A stretch of 62,542 nt of DNA, the filler included, from Methanobacteriota archaeon (lineage in GTDB: Archaea > JACRDV01): the NCBI GenBank assembly GCA_024860865.1. It is 9 parts of 9 records of this genome, joined end to end, with 100 filler letters (N's around TTAATTAATTAA, not from the genome) between each part and the next. Parts side by side here need not be neighbours in the genome. Positions count along the whole stretch, not along the records: positions 25,329 to 33,830 come from JACRDV010000006.1; positions 33,931 to 37,676 come from JACRDV010000117.1; positions 37,777 to 43,496 come from JACRDV010000118.1; 6 more parts are not named here. One strand, 5' to 3'. The position numbers and the translations under genes are program-made. Positions 31,224 through 40,970 of this stretch are shown here, piece after piece. Below the pieces are notes generated by a model that saw only the letters and a list, made by a program, of their open reading frames with translations, made no database searches and was not told the origin of the DNA. Each line of letters starts with the position of its first letter. The first letter of the stretch is position 1.

Positions 31224-32263
31224 CTCTGGTTTCTAACTTCATTAATCACAATTTCACTAGGATTATCAAATGTTGAAATAATTTTTCTAACCAATTGCTT
31301 TTGCTTATTGGAATTACGAATTAAATCAAGAGCAAGTTTTGTTATTTCAATTGGATTTGTCGAATGAAACATTAAACCTAGATTTATTAAAAATTTATCA
31401 ACTGCTAGCAACTCTTCAGGATAGCAAGAAATTGTAGGGCAGCCTAAGATCGATGCTTCTCTGCACATAGTGCCTCCCGCACCGATAATTAATGAAGCAT
31501 AACTCAATAAACTCAATGTATCTACAGCCCTTTTAGGAATAATCGCATTTTTTATTATTTTTCTAGCGAGCTCAGCTTGCTCTTGTGTTCTAGGAAATAA
31601 TATAAACTGTCCATTCTGGATTTCCTCTTGGAGTAATTTTAAAACATTAAAAAGAGGACTAGCCTTTTCAAGGTACGCTGCTAATACTGGCTCAAACCGA
31701 ATAACTAATATCGGTTTTATATTATCTATTTCTAATTCATCTAATACCCGTGGATTAGGAGTAAACTCAGAGATATGAGCCATTTCGCAGACTCCATAGA
31801 ATTGAGCAATTTTCGCAGGGCTGGCCCCGCATTCAATTAACGCATCTTCAGTGATAGCTTTAGGAGCTATTATTTTGGTTGTTAAAGGGAAAGTTAGTTT
31901 ATTAACAGCTAAAGATTTATCATTGTCAGTAATATTAATTGCAGGAATTGCAAGTCCAAAAGCAACTCTGGAAAGTTCAACAGAGCATTTAGAAATGGCT
32001 AAGTCCGGCTTTTCTTTTGTAATAAAATCGGTTAGCTCAATTATTCTTTTCATGCTTTCAATGAGTTTGCCCTCAGGTGTTTTCCCGCCATGTTTGCCGA
32101 CTGGAATATAAGGCAACCTAAAGAGCTCAAGAAGATCAAGAATGGGCCCATAATCTCTAGCTGTGAGTAAAATTTCATACTGATGTTTTAGTCGTTGAAT
32201 TATATTTTTGAAAAAATGAACATGTGGTGCGTTACTAACATCAATCCATATCTTCGCCATCAT
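31220..32263 (-). CDS. DUF354 family GT-B fold protein
   Basis: KIWIDVSNAPHVHFF, GKHGG, GGTM.REA..LG.P; start reassigned to 32263. Confidence 0.85.
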   Translation of the reverse strand: MMAKIWIDVSNAPHVHFFKNIIQRLKHQYEILLTARDYGPILDLLELFRLPYIPVGKHGGKTPEGKLIESMKRIIELTDFITKEKPDLAISKCSVELSRVAFGLAIPAINITDNDKSLAVNKLTFPLTTKIIAPKAITEDALIECGASPAKIAQFYGVCEMAHISEFTPNPRVLDELEIDNIKPILVIRFEPVLAAYLEKASPLFNVLKLLQEEIQNGQFILFPRTQEQAELARKIIKNAIIPKRAVDTLSLLSYASLIIGAGGTMCREASILGCPTISCYPEELLAVDKFLINLGLMFHSTNPIEITKLALDLIRNSNKQKQLVRKIISTFDNPSEIVINEVRNQS

Positions 32264-33233
32264 CTCACCATAAGGGCTAGCGATACTACTAGAATTCCAA
32301 ATACAATGCCTATTAACCAAATTCTAGTTACTACCTCTTTTTCGCTTAACGGGTCCTTTTGAATGAAAAGCCTAATCAAAGACAAATAACTGCCAGCCGG
32401 AGCAATTAATTTTCCATCGTTAGTTACTTTGGTCGGAAGATGTTGATGGCGAACTAAAATTCCTTTTGCAGTCCAAAATTTAAGGAACATATCGATAAAA
32501 TAAGGGATCATCACAATAAGGCCTAAAAACTCGAATTTCCCAACTACTGCGCTTACAACAATAATAACCCCAATTAAAGAAGTGCCAATGTTTCCTGGAA
32601 AAATTTTTGCAGGATATTTATTATACCAAAGAGAAGCAAGAAGTACCCCACAGCTAACAACTAAAATAAATGCACTTTCACTTGCTCTTAAAAATATAGA
32701 AACTATCCATAAACTAAAGCATGCAATTGCTCCCAAGCCTGCCTCTAACCCATTTAGCCCTGCTAGCATATTAGTTCCATTTATTGCAATCATCAACCAT
32801 ATGGAAATTAATAGCCAGTAGGAAAAATCCAAATCAATAGTCAAGCTGGGCAATGTAATTGCAGAAGATGGATAAATTAACATTAATGGAATTACAAATA
32901 AAATTGGCAACGAAAGCTTAATCTTTGCATTTAGATCAAACAAATCATCCAAAATTCCAAACGTACCTGCAAGTAAAATAATTGATAACACAATCGCCAA
33001 TTTTTTTAAATCGAAAACTTGGAATACTAATCCAATTGAAAAAGCAACAATGAGCCCAACTAAGATCCCAAGCCCACCCATCTTTGGAACATTTGCGCGG
33101 TAGGGCTTATGTAAATCAACTCCGACAATTCCTGCTCTAGCTAGCTTTTTAATTAACCAAGGCATAAGCAGAAACGTTGTAATAAAAGCAACTGCTCCGC
33201 ATGCTGCGCTAATAAGTATTTCTGACGTAACAT
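32260..33233 (-). CDS. MraY/GPT-family polyprenyl-phosphate HexNAc-1-P transferase
   Basis: GVDLHK, P.MGG, GILDD, NMLAGLNGLE, NKYPAKIFPG; first TM helix lies upstream of ATG 33165 and ATG 33233 is one base out of frame. Confidence 0.85.
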
Positions 33234-33830
33234 AACCCCGCGCTATAGAGATACATCGTTAGAAGAGTGATTAACCATAAAATAAAATTTGGGCCTGCTT
33301 CAATAAAGATTATTAAGTGACTCATTAGGAAAGCATAAACTCCTATAAAAAACCAATTTCTTTCGCTGAGCAATTTATACCCAAATCCACTTAAACCTCC
33401 TAGATAAATCATTGTGATAATCACTCCAATTATCCCAAAATCAAGCATGGAGGGCCCTATTAACGTTGAGGTTAGGCTCATTTTATATCCAAAAACGACT
33501 TCACTAACTATTTCACCTGCTCTTGGAGTTCCAAAGCTTGCGGCTCCATAGGTCAAGCCAAATGGCCAACTCATCTTTATTATTTCACCAAGCACGTAAA
33601 GTGTAAATCCTGCGCGATAAAATAATAGTTGGACCGGATCGAGATGCCAAATTTGCCACATCATTGCCTTTTTAACGATATAACCGACTATTGTAATTAA
33701 ACCAATGAGAAACAAAAAAATTAAGATCATCTCCCTAAAATTTATAATTTTTTTATACCAGCTAACAATCGTTGCAATTAATAAAATTCCAGTTACTTCA
33801 AATCTAAATCCGAGTAATGTAAAAACAAAA
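33209..33830 (-). CDS. Oligosaccharide repeat unit polymerase-like membrane protein (partial)
   Basis: LLGFRFE, TSTLIGP..LDFG..G, multiple TM segments. Confidence 0.65.
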
Positions 33831-33930
33831 NNNNNNNNNNNNNNNNNNNNNNNNNNNNNNNNNNNNNNNNNNNNTTAATTAATTAANNNNNNNNNNNNNN
33901 NNNNNNNNNNNNNNNNNNNNNNNNNNNNNN

Positions 33931-34062
33931 AACATCTGCTTAGTTACGATCGGGCGGGATATATAGGGTGATTAGCTCTGTACCCTTCCCTACCATCGAT
34001 TCTAACGTCTCTAGCTGTTTCTTAAACCAATAGCGTTCCCTTGAAGTGATTTTTTTAGCCAT
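33931..34062 (-). CDS. prf1: Peptide chain release factor aRF1, 5' fragment with in-frame TAA at codon 41
   Basis: Manual translation MAKKITSRERYWFKKQLETLESMVGKGTELITLYIPPDRN*ADV, matching the aRF1 G.GTELI.LYIPP...SDV segment. Confidence 0.85.
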
Positions 34063-34096
34063 TTTTCATCGCTTTTTTACTTGATTGTTGGTATTG

Positions 34097-34162
34097 TTTT
34101 TTAATATACCTAGGTCGATATAAACTTCTGAGGATATTTAATGCAGCGTTCAACTCATATAG
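34097..34162 (+). repeat. 66-bp exact direct repeat, copy 1 (divergent promoter plus first codons of hydrolase)
   Basis: Identical to 36392-36457. Confidence 0.93.
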
Positions 34163-34302
34163 TATGAGTTTTTTAATTCATGAATTGAATATAATACCCA
34201 TCTAATCCACGGATCTAGTCCTTTTGAATAAAAAAACCTTTGTAATCTTAAAGTAGTTTCCCCAACATTGCTTTATCACATTAGGAAATTGATACTAAAG
34301 AA

Positions 34303-34620
34303 TTGAAAAAATCTTTCAAAGAAGCGTTTGAAGAAATTTACAAAATAGCCAAGAAACATAATGTCTTCAAAAAGAAGAAATTAGATGTTGCTATTGATTT
34401 ACATGATTGGCTTTATTATGGGAATAAAAATGACTTTATGGTTTGTAAAACTAAGCCACAAAAGGGAACAACACACTGCTTCAGATTTGCTACTGTGAAT
34501 ATTGTAGAAGGCGGAAGTTTGTAAGAAAATTCACCAAAAATCTCAATCATAATTCTGAAGATTTCTAGTAATTTTATTACTCTGAGTCTCCAATAGATTT
34601 ATCAACTTTGCCAACTACTG
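34303..34620 (+). mobile_element. ISH3-like IS remnant (transposase fragment and probable terminal repeat)
   Basis: VAIDLHDWLYYG..KGTTHCFRFAT.NIV; 34603-34620 reverse-complements to CAGTAGTTGGCAAAGTTG. Confidence 0.7.
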
Positions 34621-34646
34621 ATAGAGCCCAAAGTATTGAGAAAGTT

Positions 34647-34988
34647 CTAAACCACCTCAATTATTATCCTCCTTCCAACCTTGAAAATTGCAACTTCCTC
34701 GCCGCCCTTTATACCGAGGTTTTTTTCTATATCGCTTGGAATTCTCAAAACCGTTCCTCTGGCGCTTTTCGACAGCTTCCTGTAAAGCTTGAGAGGCTCG
34801 CCCCAAACCCCAAGTTTTTTTGCTAGGTTTATCATTTTTTGCCCCTCGTTTTCATTTATGAACTCCTCCCCGCAATTGGTGCAGCGCTCCCCTTTCTCTA
34901 CGAACACGTATCCTTCTATTTGTGATATGATATCTTCTACCGGTACTAATCTTCCTTTTTCGCATGCAGGGCATTTTTTTTCTTTCAT
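34647..34988 (-). CDS. YgiT/MqsA-type zinc ribbon plus AbrB-domain antitoxin
   Basis: CPAC..CTNCGEEF; VLRIPSDIEKNLGIKGGEEV. Confidence 0.8.
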   Translation of the reverse strand: MKEKKCPACEKGRLVPVEDIISQIEGYVFVEKGERCTNCGEEFINENEGQKMINLAKKLGVWGEPLKLYRKLSKSARGTVLRIPSDIEKNLGIKGGEEVAIFKVGRRIIIEVV

Positions 34989-35260
34989 GTTCCTTCAGCT
35001 CCTGTTATTACAAATATAGTTTCGAATTCTTCATAGTAAACAAATATTATTTTTCTTGAAACTTCTTTACTTCTGACATACGCTTCATATTTTTTCTTTC
35101 CAACCCTGTTAATTTTATGCGCGTTTTTTATTGCATCTCGCAGGTCTGTGTAATCCCAGTCCCATTTTTTCATCCATGTGTTTTTGAAGTGCTTGCTTGC
35201 AGAGAGCTCGCAGGTTTCGATATCATACATTATTTCACTATATAATGTAGTGAAAATCAT
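34985..35260 (-). CDS. Putative RelE/DUF4258-like toxin
   Basis: Small basic ORF (SKHF..IFVIT) overlapping the antitoxin start. Confidence 0.65.
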   Translation of the reverse strand: MIFTTLYSEIMYDIETCELSASKHFKNTWMKKWDWDYTDLRDAIKNAHKINRVGKKKYEAYVRSKEVSRKIIFVYYEEFETIFVITGAEGT

Positions 35261-35299
35261 TATATTTAAGTTTATTTGTTAACGTGGCTTTGGGACATA

Positions 35300-36106
35300 A
35301 TTAAGCATTCCATAACTCAATAGCGGATATCCCATCTATATGTTTCAAATAGCACAGCCGCTTGAGATTATAATCGCACGCCATTGTAAATGCCTCCTGT
35401 TTTCTTCGCAAATCAATTCTCTTTCGCAGCGGGATAGAAAAATCAGCTAGGCCTTGCTACCTTTCTTCTTCAAAGTAATTCCTTGCTTAGGATATATCCT
35501 TGGAACAGCACCCAAGCTCGCAACGAGATTGCAGTTGTGCCTTGAAAGAAATGCAGAATCAGCTGCTACCAAATCAATTCTCTCGTAACACTCAGCAGTC
35601 TCGGAGAGAAGAGTCCCAAAGTAAGGCGATTCATGATCTTATGAATCAGCAAAAACAATGGCTGAGAAAAGCTTGTAAGTGGAGCCGACCATTGCAATCA
35701 TTTTCTCATATCCTTTCTTTTCTCCATTCCTAAAGTCTTTCTCCCAGTTCTGCTTAATTGAAGTTGGCAAGCCACTTCCATCTGGGCTGAATTTTTCCTC
35801 TTTATCGCTCACCGGTTCTTGAGTTAACCTAAAAATCTCTTTTAATATTAACGTTACAAGAGGATCTTCATAGTCCCTTTCAATTGTTTTGTAAGAGAAG
35901 GCCTTGGCTATCCTCATCTTTTCTTTGAAAAGGAGTACCAGGCCTTCTGCTGTTCGGTTAGAGGCGCAGAAGTACTGCTGCATTAGCATGGCTTTTGCTG
36001 AATCTGATGGATGGTTTTGCGGTCTTCTAGGAGATTTCTCCAACATCTTGTTTATGCCGAGCCTTAAAGAGGCTTCTTCCACTGCATCCCTAATTAGCAA
36101 AAGCAT
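35300..36106 (-). mobile_element. Degraded DDE transposase
   Basis: SNRTAEG, SYKTIER, DGSG motifs; premature stop at 35639; left boundary approximate. Confidence 0.65.
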
Positions 36107-36110
36107 ATCG

Positions 36111-36389
36111 TTAATTTCGTTTATCTGAGCTTCTTATCACCTGTACGCTAGACCATCCTTCTATAGTTGACAAACCTGCTCTGTTTTTGTCCATTATTTC
36201 AGCGGCTTCCTTTAGTAGCTCTATATCCTTGACCTTTTGCTGAGCCCTACTCTGAATCCATAATTTGAATGCCTGAGTGGCTGCTTCGCCAATCTTAAGT
36301 CCAGCTCTGACAGCTTCTGCCTTCAGGTTTTTAAAAACTTGTTCATCTACGTCTTTTATCACAACAGCTGAAGACATCCCATTCACCAT
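36111..36389 (-). CDS. VapB-like antitoxin, orphan
   Basis: VIKDVDE.VF..LKAEA..G..GEA, WSSVQVIR; abuts the transposase remnant. Confidence 0.65.
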   Translation of the reverse strand: MVNGMSSAVVIKDVDEQVFKNLKAEAVRAGLKIGEAATQAFKLWIQSRAQQKVKDIELLKEAAEIMDKNRAGLSTIEGWSSVQVIRSSDKRN

Positions 36390-36391
36390 TA

Positions 36392-36457
36392 TTTTTTAAT
36401 ATACCTAGGTCGATATAAACTTCTGAGGATATTTAATGCAGCGTTCAACTCATATAG
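36392..36457 (+). repeat. 66-bp exact direct repeat, copy 2
   Basis: Identical to 34097-34162. Confidence 0.93.
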
Positions 36458-36840
36458 CAGCAGTTTTTTTCATTTGGTCCTTAAGTTACTTTTATTATAA
36501 AATTAGCTTTACATTTGCATTAGTTGCAGCACTTGGGGCTTATTTGCCTGATTTAGTTTATTTTAGGCATAGAAAATATTTACATAATGTTTGGGTTTTA
36601 ATTGGTCTTTCTCTTTTGGTTTTATATTTTTCAGATGAATTTGTTGCAATAATTTTTGGATTGAGCTATTTTTTGCATTTATTGCTTGATGCTGTTACTA
36701 GAGTTGGAGTAGATTTATTTTGGCCAATAAAATTTTTTACTTTTGGAGGGCCGCTCAGAGGCGGATCAATTTTTGATGATGTGATATTGCTAGCTTTCGT
36801 GTATGGCGGAATTTACTTTTTCATTAAAATATTGATCTAA
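36436..36840 (+). CDS. Membrane metal-dependent hydrolase (YdjM-like)
   Basis: TH, LPD, HR...H, HLLLD..T..G..LFWP. Confidence 0.85.
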   Translation: MQRSTHIAAVFFIWSLSYFYYKISFTFALVAALGAYLPDLVYFRHRKYLHNVWVLIGLSLLVLYFSDEFVAIIFGLSYFLHLLLDAVTRVGVDLFWPIKFFTFGGPLRGGSIFDDVILLAFVYGGIYFFIKILI

Positions 36841-36930
36841 AATTAGCATTATTTGCTTTCCTTATTTGCGCTATATTTGCAAAACTGGCGTTCAAAAACA
36901 GAAAATTAGAGAAATTTTGATTTGGTTTAA

Positions 36931-37407
36931 TTACTCTTTAGCCACCTTTAGTGAAGAAATAATCTGCTCCCAAGGAAATTCTCTCAGAAGATTATCTCCA
37001 TATAAAGTCTGCTCTAAAAACCTAGCGCTAAAAGCCCCGGTTAAATCTAAAAAGCCCCTTTCTCCACCATGAGCAATTGCTTCGGTAATTGCTCGTATTT
37101 GCAATCCGACTAAAACCATTCTAATACGATCTTGAAACTCCTGCTTTGCTTGGGTTTTTAAATTTATATAACTCATTTTAATTTCGTACAAACCAGAGCC
37201 AAGTGGTCGCTTTGAATCATAAACATGTGCGGACTTCATTAGAAGGTCGATAAGCTCCATGTACTTATGAGGATCCAATCCAAATCTTTCCGCCTCTTTA
37301 CCCAACCATTCAAATGCTGAATCAATTGTTTCAAATTCTTTACCAGCTATCCAACTCAAAGCTTCACGCCGTTTTCTGTCCTCTTCCCGCTCAAGTATTG
37401 GGGTCAT
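36931..37407 (-). CDS. Hypothetical protein
   Basis: 158-aa ORF with GGTGA RBS. Confidence 0.6.
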   Translation of the reverse strand: MTPILEREEDRKRREALSWIAGKEFETIDSAFEWLGKEAERFGLDPHKYMELIDLLMKSAHVYDSKRPLGSGLYEIKMSYINLKTQAKQEFQDRIRMVLVGLQIRAITEAIAHGGERGFLDLTGAFSARFLEQTLYGDNLLREFPWEQIISSLKVAKE

Positions 37408-37776
37408 AAGTTCACCCTACAATAAGATTAATTACTAGAATTGGTAAATATAATTTTGGTAAATATAATTTTGGAACTCAACGTTTATAAAACCATCCCC
37501 TAGCATATAGCAACCCAATTAAAGTTATAGAGGCAAAAACTAAAATATTACCAGTAAACAATAATGAGATTGAAAGCTGTATATAACTTAGATACCAAAT
37601 CCAAACTCCCGCTCCTAAAAAGCAAATTAGAATAACTGTAAAAGTTAATCTATATGGCTTAACTTTTAAAACTCTANNNNNNNNNNNNNNNNNNNNNNNN
37701 NNNNNNNNNNNNNNNNNNNNTTAATTAATTAANNNNNNNNNNNNNNNNNNNNNNNNNNNNNNNNNNNNNNNNNNNN

Positions 37777-37817
37777 CAGAGTGCTTCTGTGTCCTATCCG
37801 AGCTAGACCACAGGGGC
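37777..37817 (-). tRNA. tRNA 5' part (probably Arg), cut by contig end
   Basis: GCCCCTG-TG-GTCT-AGCTCGGATA-GGAC-A acceptor and D arm; TATA-like element about 25 nt upstream; anticodon not identifiable. Confidence 0.7.
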
Positions 37818-37938
37818 TTGAGCAGTTGTTCAATCGTTTATTATAGGTTTGACGGGATAGACCAAATTTTTTCATATATTTATTTTAAGCTTGCTTTTTA
37901 AGTTATTTGTGCCATTTTTTGTACATAACAATTTTTAG

Positions 37939-38871
37939 TTATAAACGAAGCAATTTTTGAAATAAATTCACTAATCCACCGTGGATAGTTACAGGGAGCC
38001 CATCCACAGATAGTTCAGGCTTTTTTGTAATACCGTCAACCGCACCTGCATCGACCATTGCTCGAGTCATGTTTTCCTCAACAACATCTGAATGGATTAA
38101 ATTCTGTTTTAAAAGTGCCGAGAGCATGGTTACAACTCCATAAGCTCCCCAATTAGAAACTCCTGCTACAACCAATTCATCTGTCTTGACTGAGCTTGCA
38201 ATTCCGCTTTGGCATGGACAAATGCATTTTTCCCCAAATTGAATTGCTTCTCTAACAGTTTCTTCAACATTACCCATGCCTATCTCATTCCCACCATCAC
38301 CAATTCCAATTGTAAGAATTTTATTTTCTTGAGCCATTTCGAATAAAAAATCAATTTTTGCAGTAAAATTAGAGATATCAATGCCACGCATGTTATGATA
38401 AATGCCTTTTATATTCCATCCTGGGCGCTCAACAGCAACCAATGCACTTGGCTTGTATTGAGTTATAATTTCTTCTGCAAATTCCTTAGGATTTTCAAAT
38501 GGAAAAGCGATTACAGGTGACTCTAGCCCAAATACTTTTAATGGAGCTTGAACAATTTTGACTAAGTGGGGATCGGACAAAAACACAGTATTTATGCCCA
38601 ACCCTTCGCTCAAGGCATTCGCAAATACCGCACACCCAGATGGACCATCGGTTTCTCCAGTTTGATTAGGGAGAATAGTAAATCCAGTTGCAACTAAAAC
38701 TGTGCTATTTTTTGGCAACTCAGCTAGTCTACTAGCTGCTCGAAAACAAAGAGGATTTTTTGATATAGCTCTAGCAGCATCATAAAGCTTAGTCACATTT
38801 CGACTAGCCAAATCTAAGCAAACTAATCGATCAATTGCTTCAGAAAAATTTTCAAAAGCGCTCGAGGTCAA
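37939..38871 (-). CDS. D-glutamate cyclase domain protein (DUF4392)
   Basis: ETDGP.G, ERPG, HNMRG, GIGDGGNEIGMG, VSNWG. Confidence 0.9.
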   Translation of the reverse strand: MTSSAFENFSEAIDRLVCLDLASRNVTKLYDAARAISKNPLCFRAASRLAELPKNSTVLVATGFTILPNQTGETDGPSGCAVFANALSEGLGINTVFLSDPHLVKIVQAPLKVFGLESPVIAFPFENPKEFAEEIITQYKPSALVAVERPGWNIKGIYHNMRGIDISNFTAKIDFLFEMAQENKILTIGIGDGGNEIGMGNVEETVREAIQFGEKCICPCQSGIASSVKTDELVVAGVSNWGAYGVVTMLSALLKQNLIHSDVVEENMTRAMVDAGAVDGITKKPELSVDGLPVTIHGGLVNLFQKLLRL

Positions 38872-39658
38872 GCTTAAGTTTCTCCATATTTTTAATTACA
38901 GAATGCGCGGTCATATCAAGGGAAATTGGAGTGATCGAAATAAAATTTTCTATAAACACAGCATGAACGTCAGTTCCAGCTTCTGCATCTTTTTCAAGTA
39001 TTTCACCATTAATAGTGAAATATGTCCCGCCTCTATCATCAGTCCCTTGTGTTAAAAATGCTTGATACATTCTTCTAGCAAGTTTTGTTACTACAATTGG
39101 AGTTTTATCCGTTGCATTATGGGGAATATTTACATTGAGCAAATCTACTTCGGCGGGCAAGCCATTTTCTAAAACCCATTTCGCAATTTTCTCAGTGACC
39201 TTTTGAGCGATTGAAAAATCGAGCTCAGCAGCAGACTCAGTCCGTTTGGTCCGCTTAATTTGAAGTGAAACAGCAATAGCGGGTATACCTCCATTAGCGG
39301 CTTCCATTGCAGCAGCAGTTGTGCCGGAAGTAGTTAATTCCATGCTTAAGTTTTCACCAATATTTATACCGGAAACAACTAGGTCTGGTTTTGTTTTGAA
39401 TACAGCAAGTATCCCAAGAATTATACAATCAGTTGGAGTTCCAGTTACAACATATCCTTTCGTCCCATCAAGCAAATTCATTTCTGAAATACGAACTGGA
39501 TGAAAAAGAGTAATTGCTCTGCCCACACCGCTTTGTGGAGTTGCTGGTGTAACAACCGCAATATTCCCCAGCCCTTCAACAGCATTTTTGGCTGCAACTA
39601 GGCCAGGAGATCCTATTCCATCGTCATTAACTATCAAAATATTTTTCATAATATTCAC
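38852..39658 (-). CDS. surE: 5'/3'-nucleotidase SurE
   Basis: NDDGI, QSG, GTPTDC, SGINIGEN, SGT..AA.EA. Confidence 0.95.
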   Translation of the reverse strand: MNIMKNILIVNDDGIGSPGLVAAKNAVEGLGNIAVVTPATPQSGVGRAITLFHPVRISEMNLLDGTKGYVVTGTPTDCIILGILAVFKTKPDLVVSGINIGENLSMELTTSGTTAAAMEAANGGIPAIAVSLQIKRTKRTESAAELDFSIAQKVTEKIAKWVLENGLPAEVDLLNVNIPHNATDKTPIVVTKLARRMYQAFLTQGTDDRGGTYFTINGEILEKDAEAGTDVHAVFIENFISITPISLDMTAHSVIKNMEKLKLDLERF

Positions 39659-39749
39659 CTTTATGGTCTAATTATTCACTTTTATGGTCTAATCTGCATG
39701 GCAATTTCTTATATTTAGATTCTAACTACTTTCTCATTACTTTTTTATA

Positions 39750-40805
39750 GTGAGCAATATAATTCAAATAGGGTCCTCTTTGCCACTTGCTCAAAGGCTT
39801 GGAGTTTTGTATCGAATAATCGGCATTGTATTGATATTTTTGTCTCTTTTTAGCTACCCATGCCTAGCACAGGAGAAAAAATTTGATGTGATAATTGTAC
39901 GAAGCGACATCTCAATCGACTGGATAGTAGCCCAAGCTTATGCCCAAAAAATGAAAATCCCTATTTTAACTGCTGAAGAAGATTACCTGAGCCAAGAAGC
40001 GCAAATCGAGTTATATGGCTACAAGCAATTTGGTTGGACCAAAATTTTGGTAATAGGCGGATCAAATGCAGTTTCTGATAATATTGTTAATGAATTAAAA
40101 GCTTCTGGATTTGAAATTCAAAGAATTTGGGGGCTCCACAGATATGAAACGGCCGCAAAAGTTGCAGTTGAACTTTGGCAAAATCCAAAGACAGTTGTTG
40201 TTACAGATGGAGAAAAGTTCGAGGCAACCTTAGCTGCAGCAAGGATAGCACGGGAGTTAGAAGCGCCAATTCTTTTAATAAAAAAAGATGATTTAACAGA
40301 AGATACCAGACGTGCTCTTCTTGAATATCTCAAACCAGATGAAGCTATTATAATCGGTCCAGTTTCAGAGAGCGTTGAAAAGGAGCTAAGAGGAATTGCA
40401 AAAAAAGTAACCCTCATTGGAAGAGACATTGAAAGCACGCAATTGCTAGAGCGAACTAAATTTCCAATTTGGAAGGACCCTAAGTTAATGGCGGTCCTCG
40501 GACTAATCTCCGGCATTGTTCTGTCTGTCCTAATAGTGTTTGGAGTTTCATTTATTCGAACAAGAAGGCTAAAGGCAAAGGAGCATTTACCAATAGCACT
40601 GCTGACTGAGGAAGAGCGCAAAGTTGTTGATGAAATAATAAGAGCAGGTGGAATTCTCAAGCAAGAAAACCTACCTGACCTTACAGGTTTTTCTAGGCCA
40701 AAAATTAGCAGATTGATTTCAGACCTTGAGGTTCGAGGCATACTTGTTCGGGAGAAGGATGGAAAATCATACCGACTTAGTTTTGAAAAACGCTTCAAAA
40801 CTTGA
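39750..40805 (+). CDS. Membrane-anchored cell-wall-binding repeat 2 protein with cytoplasmic winged HTH
   Basis: IGG.NAVS, RIWG..RYETA..VA, TM helix, then GG.LKQ..L...TGFSRPKISR...LE.RG. Confidence 0.8.
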   Translation: MSNIIQIGSSLPLAQRLGVLYRIIGIVLIFLSLFSYPCLAQEKKFDVIIVRSDISIDWIVAQAYAQKMKIPILTAEEDYLSQEAQIELYGYKQFGWTKILVIGGSNAVSDNIVNELKASGFEIQRIWGLHRYETAAKVAVELWQNPKTVVVTDGEKFEATLAAARIARELEAPILLIKKDDLTEDTRRALLEYLKPDEAIIIGPVSESVEKELRGIAKKVTLIGRDIESTQLLERTKFPIWKDPKLMAVLGLISGIVLSVLIVFGVSFIRTRRLKAKEHLPIALLTEEERKVVDEIIRAGGILKQENLPDLTGFSRPKISRLISDLEVRGILVREKDGKSYRLSFEKRFKT

Positions 40806-40853
40806 ACGAATATTTTAATCTGCTTTTTATGAGATAAATCCTTGAGAACCCGA

Positions 40854-40873
40854 TGAAAGCGTTTGAAAGCGTT
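40854..40873 (+). promoter_or_regulatory. Tandem 10-bp direct repeat (TGAAAGCGTT x2) upstream of a TATA-like box
   Basis: Exact tandem repeat about 20 nt upstream of TATAAAC, before the dehydrogenase gene. Confidence 0.45.
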
Positions 40874-40970
40874 CTAGAGATTTTCACAAGGTCTATAAAC
40901 CATAGTATCTTCTATTATTTGTCTGACACAATCGTTTCAAAATTAGCCTTAAATATAGATATCTTAGATA

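Noticed and set aside
37441-37474. Tandem TTGGTAAATATAATT repeat (similar short duplications at about 39653-39692 and 21102-21123)
   Set aside because: Two-copy slippage-type duplications with no functional evidence
40118-40798. 226-aa minus-strand ORF and many similar antisense ORFs (e.g. 53572-54117, 30494-30895)
   Set aside because: Ser/Ile/Phe-rich shadows of well-supported genes on the other strand
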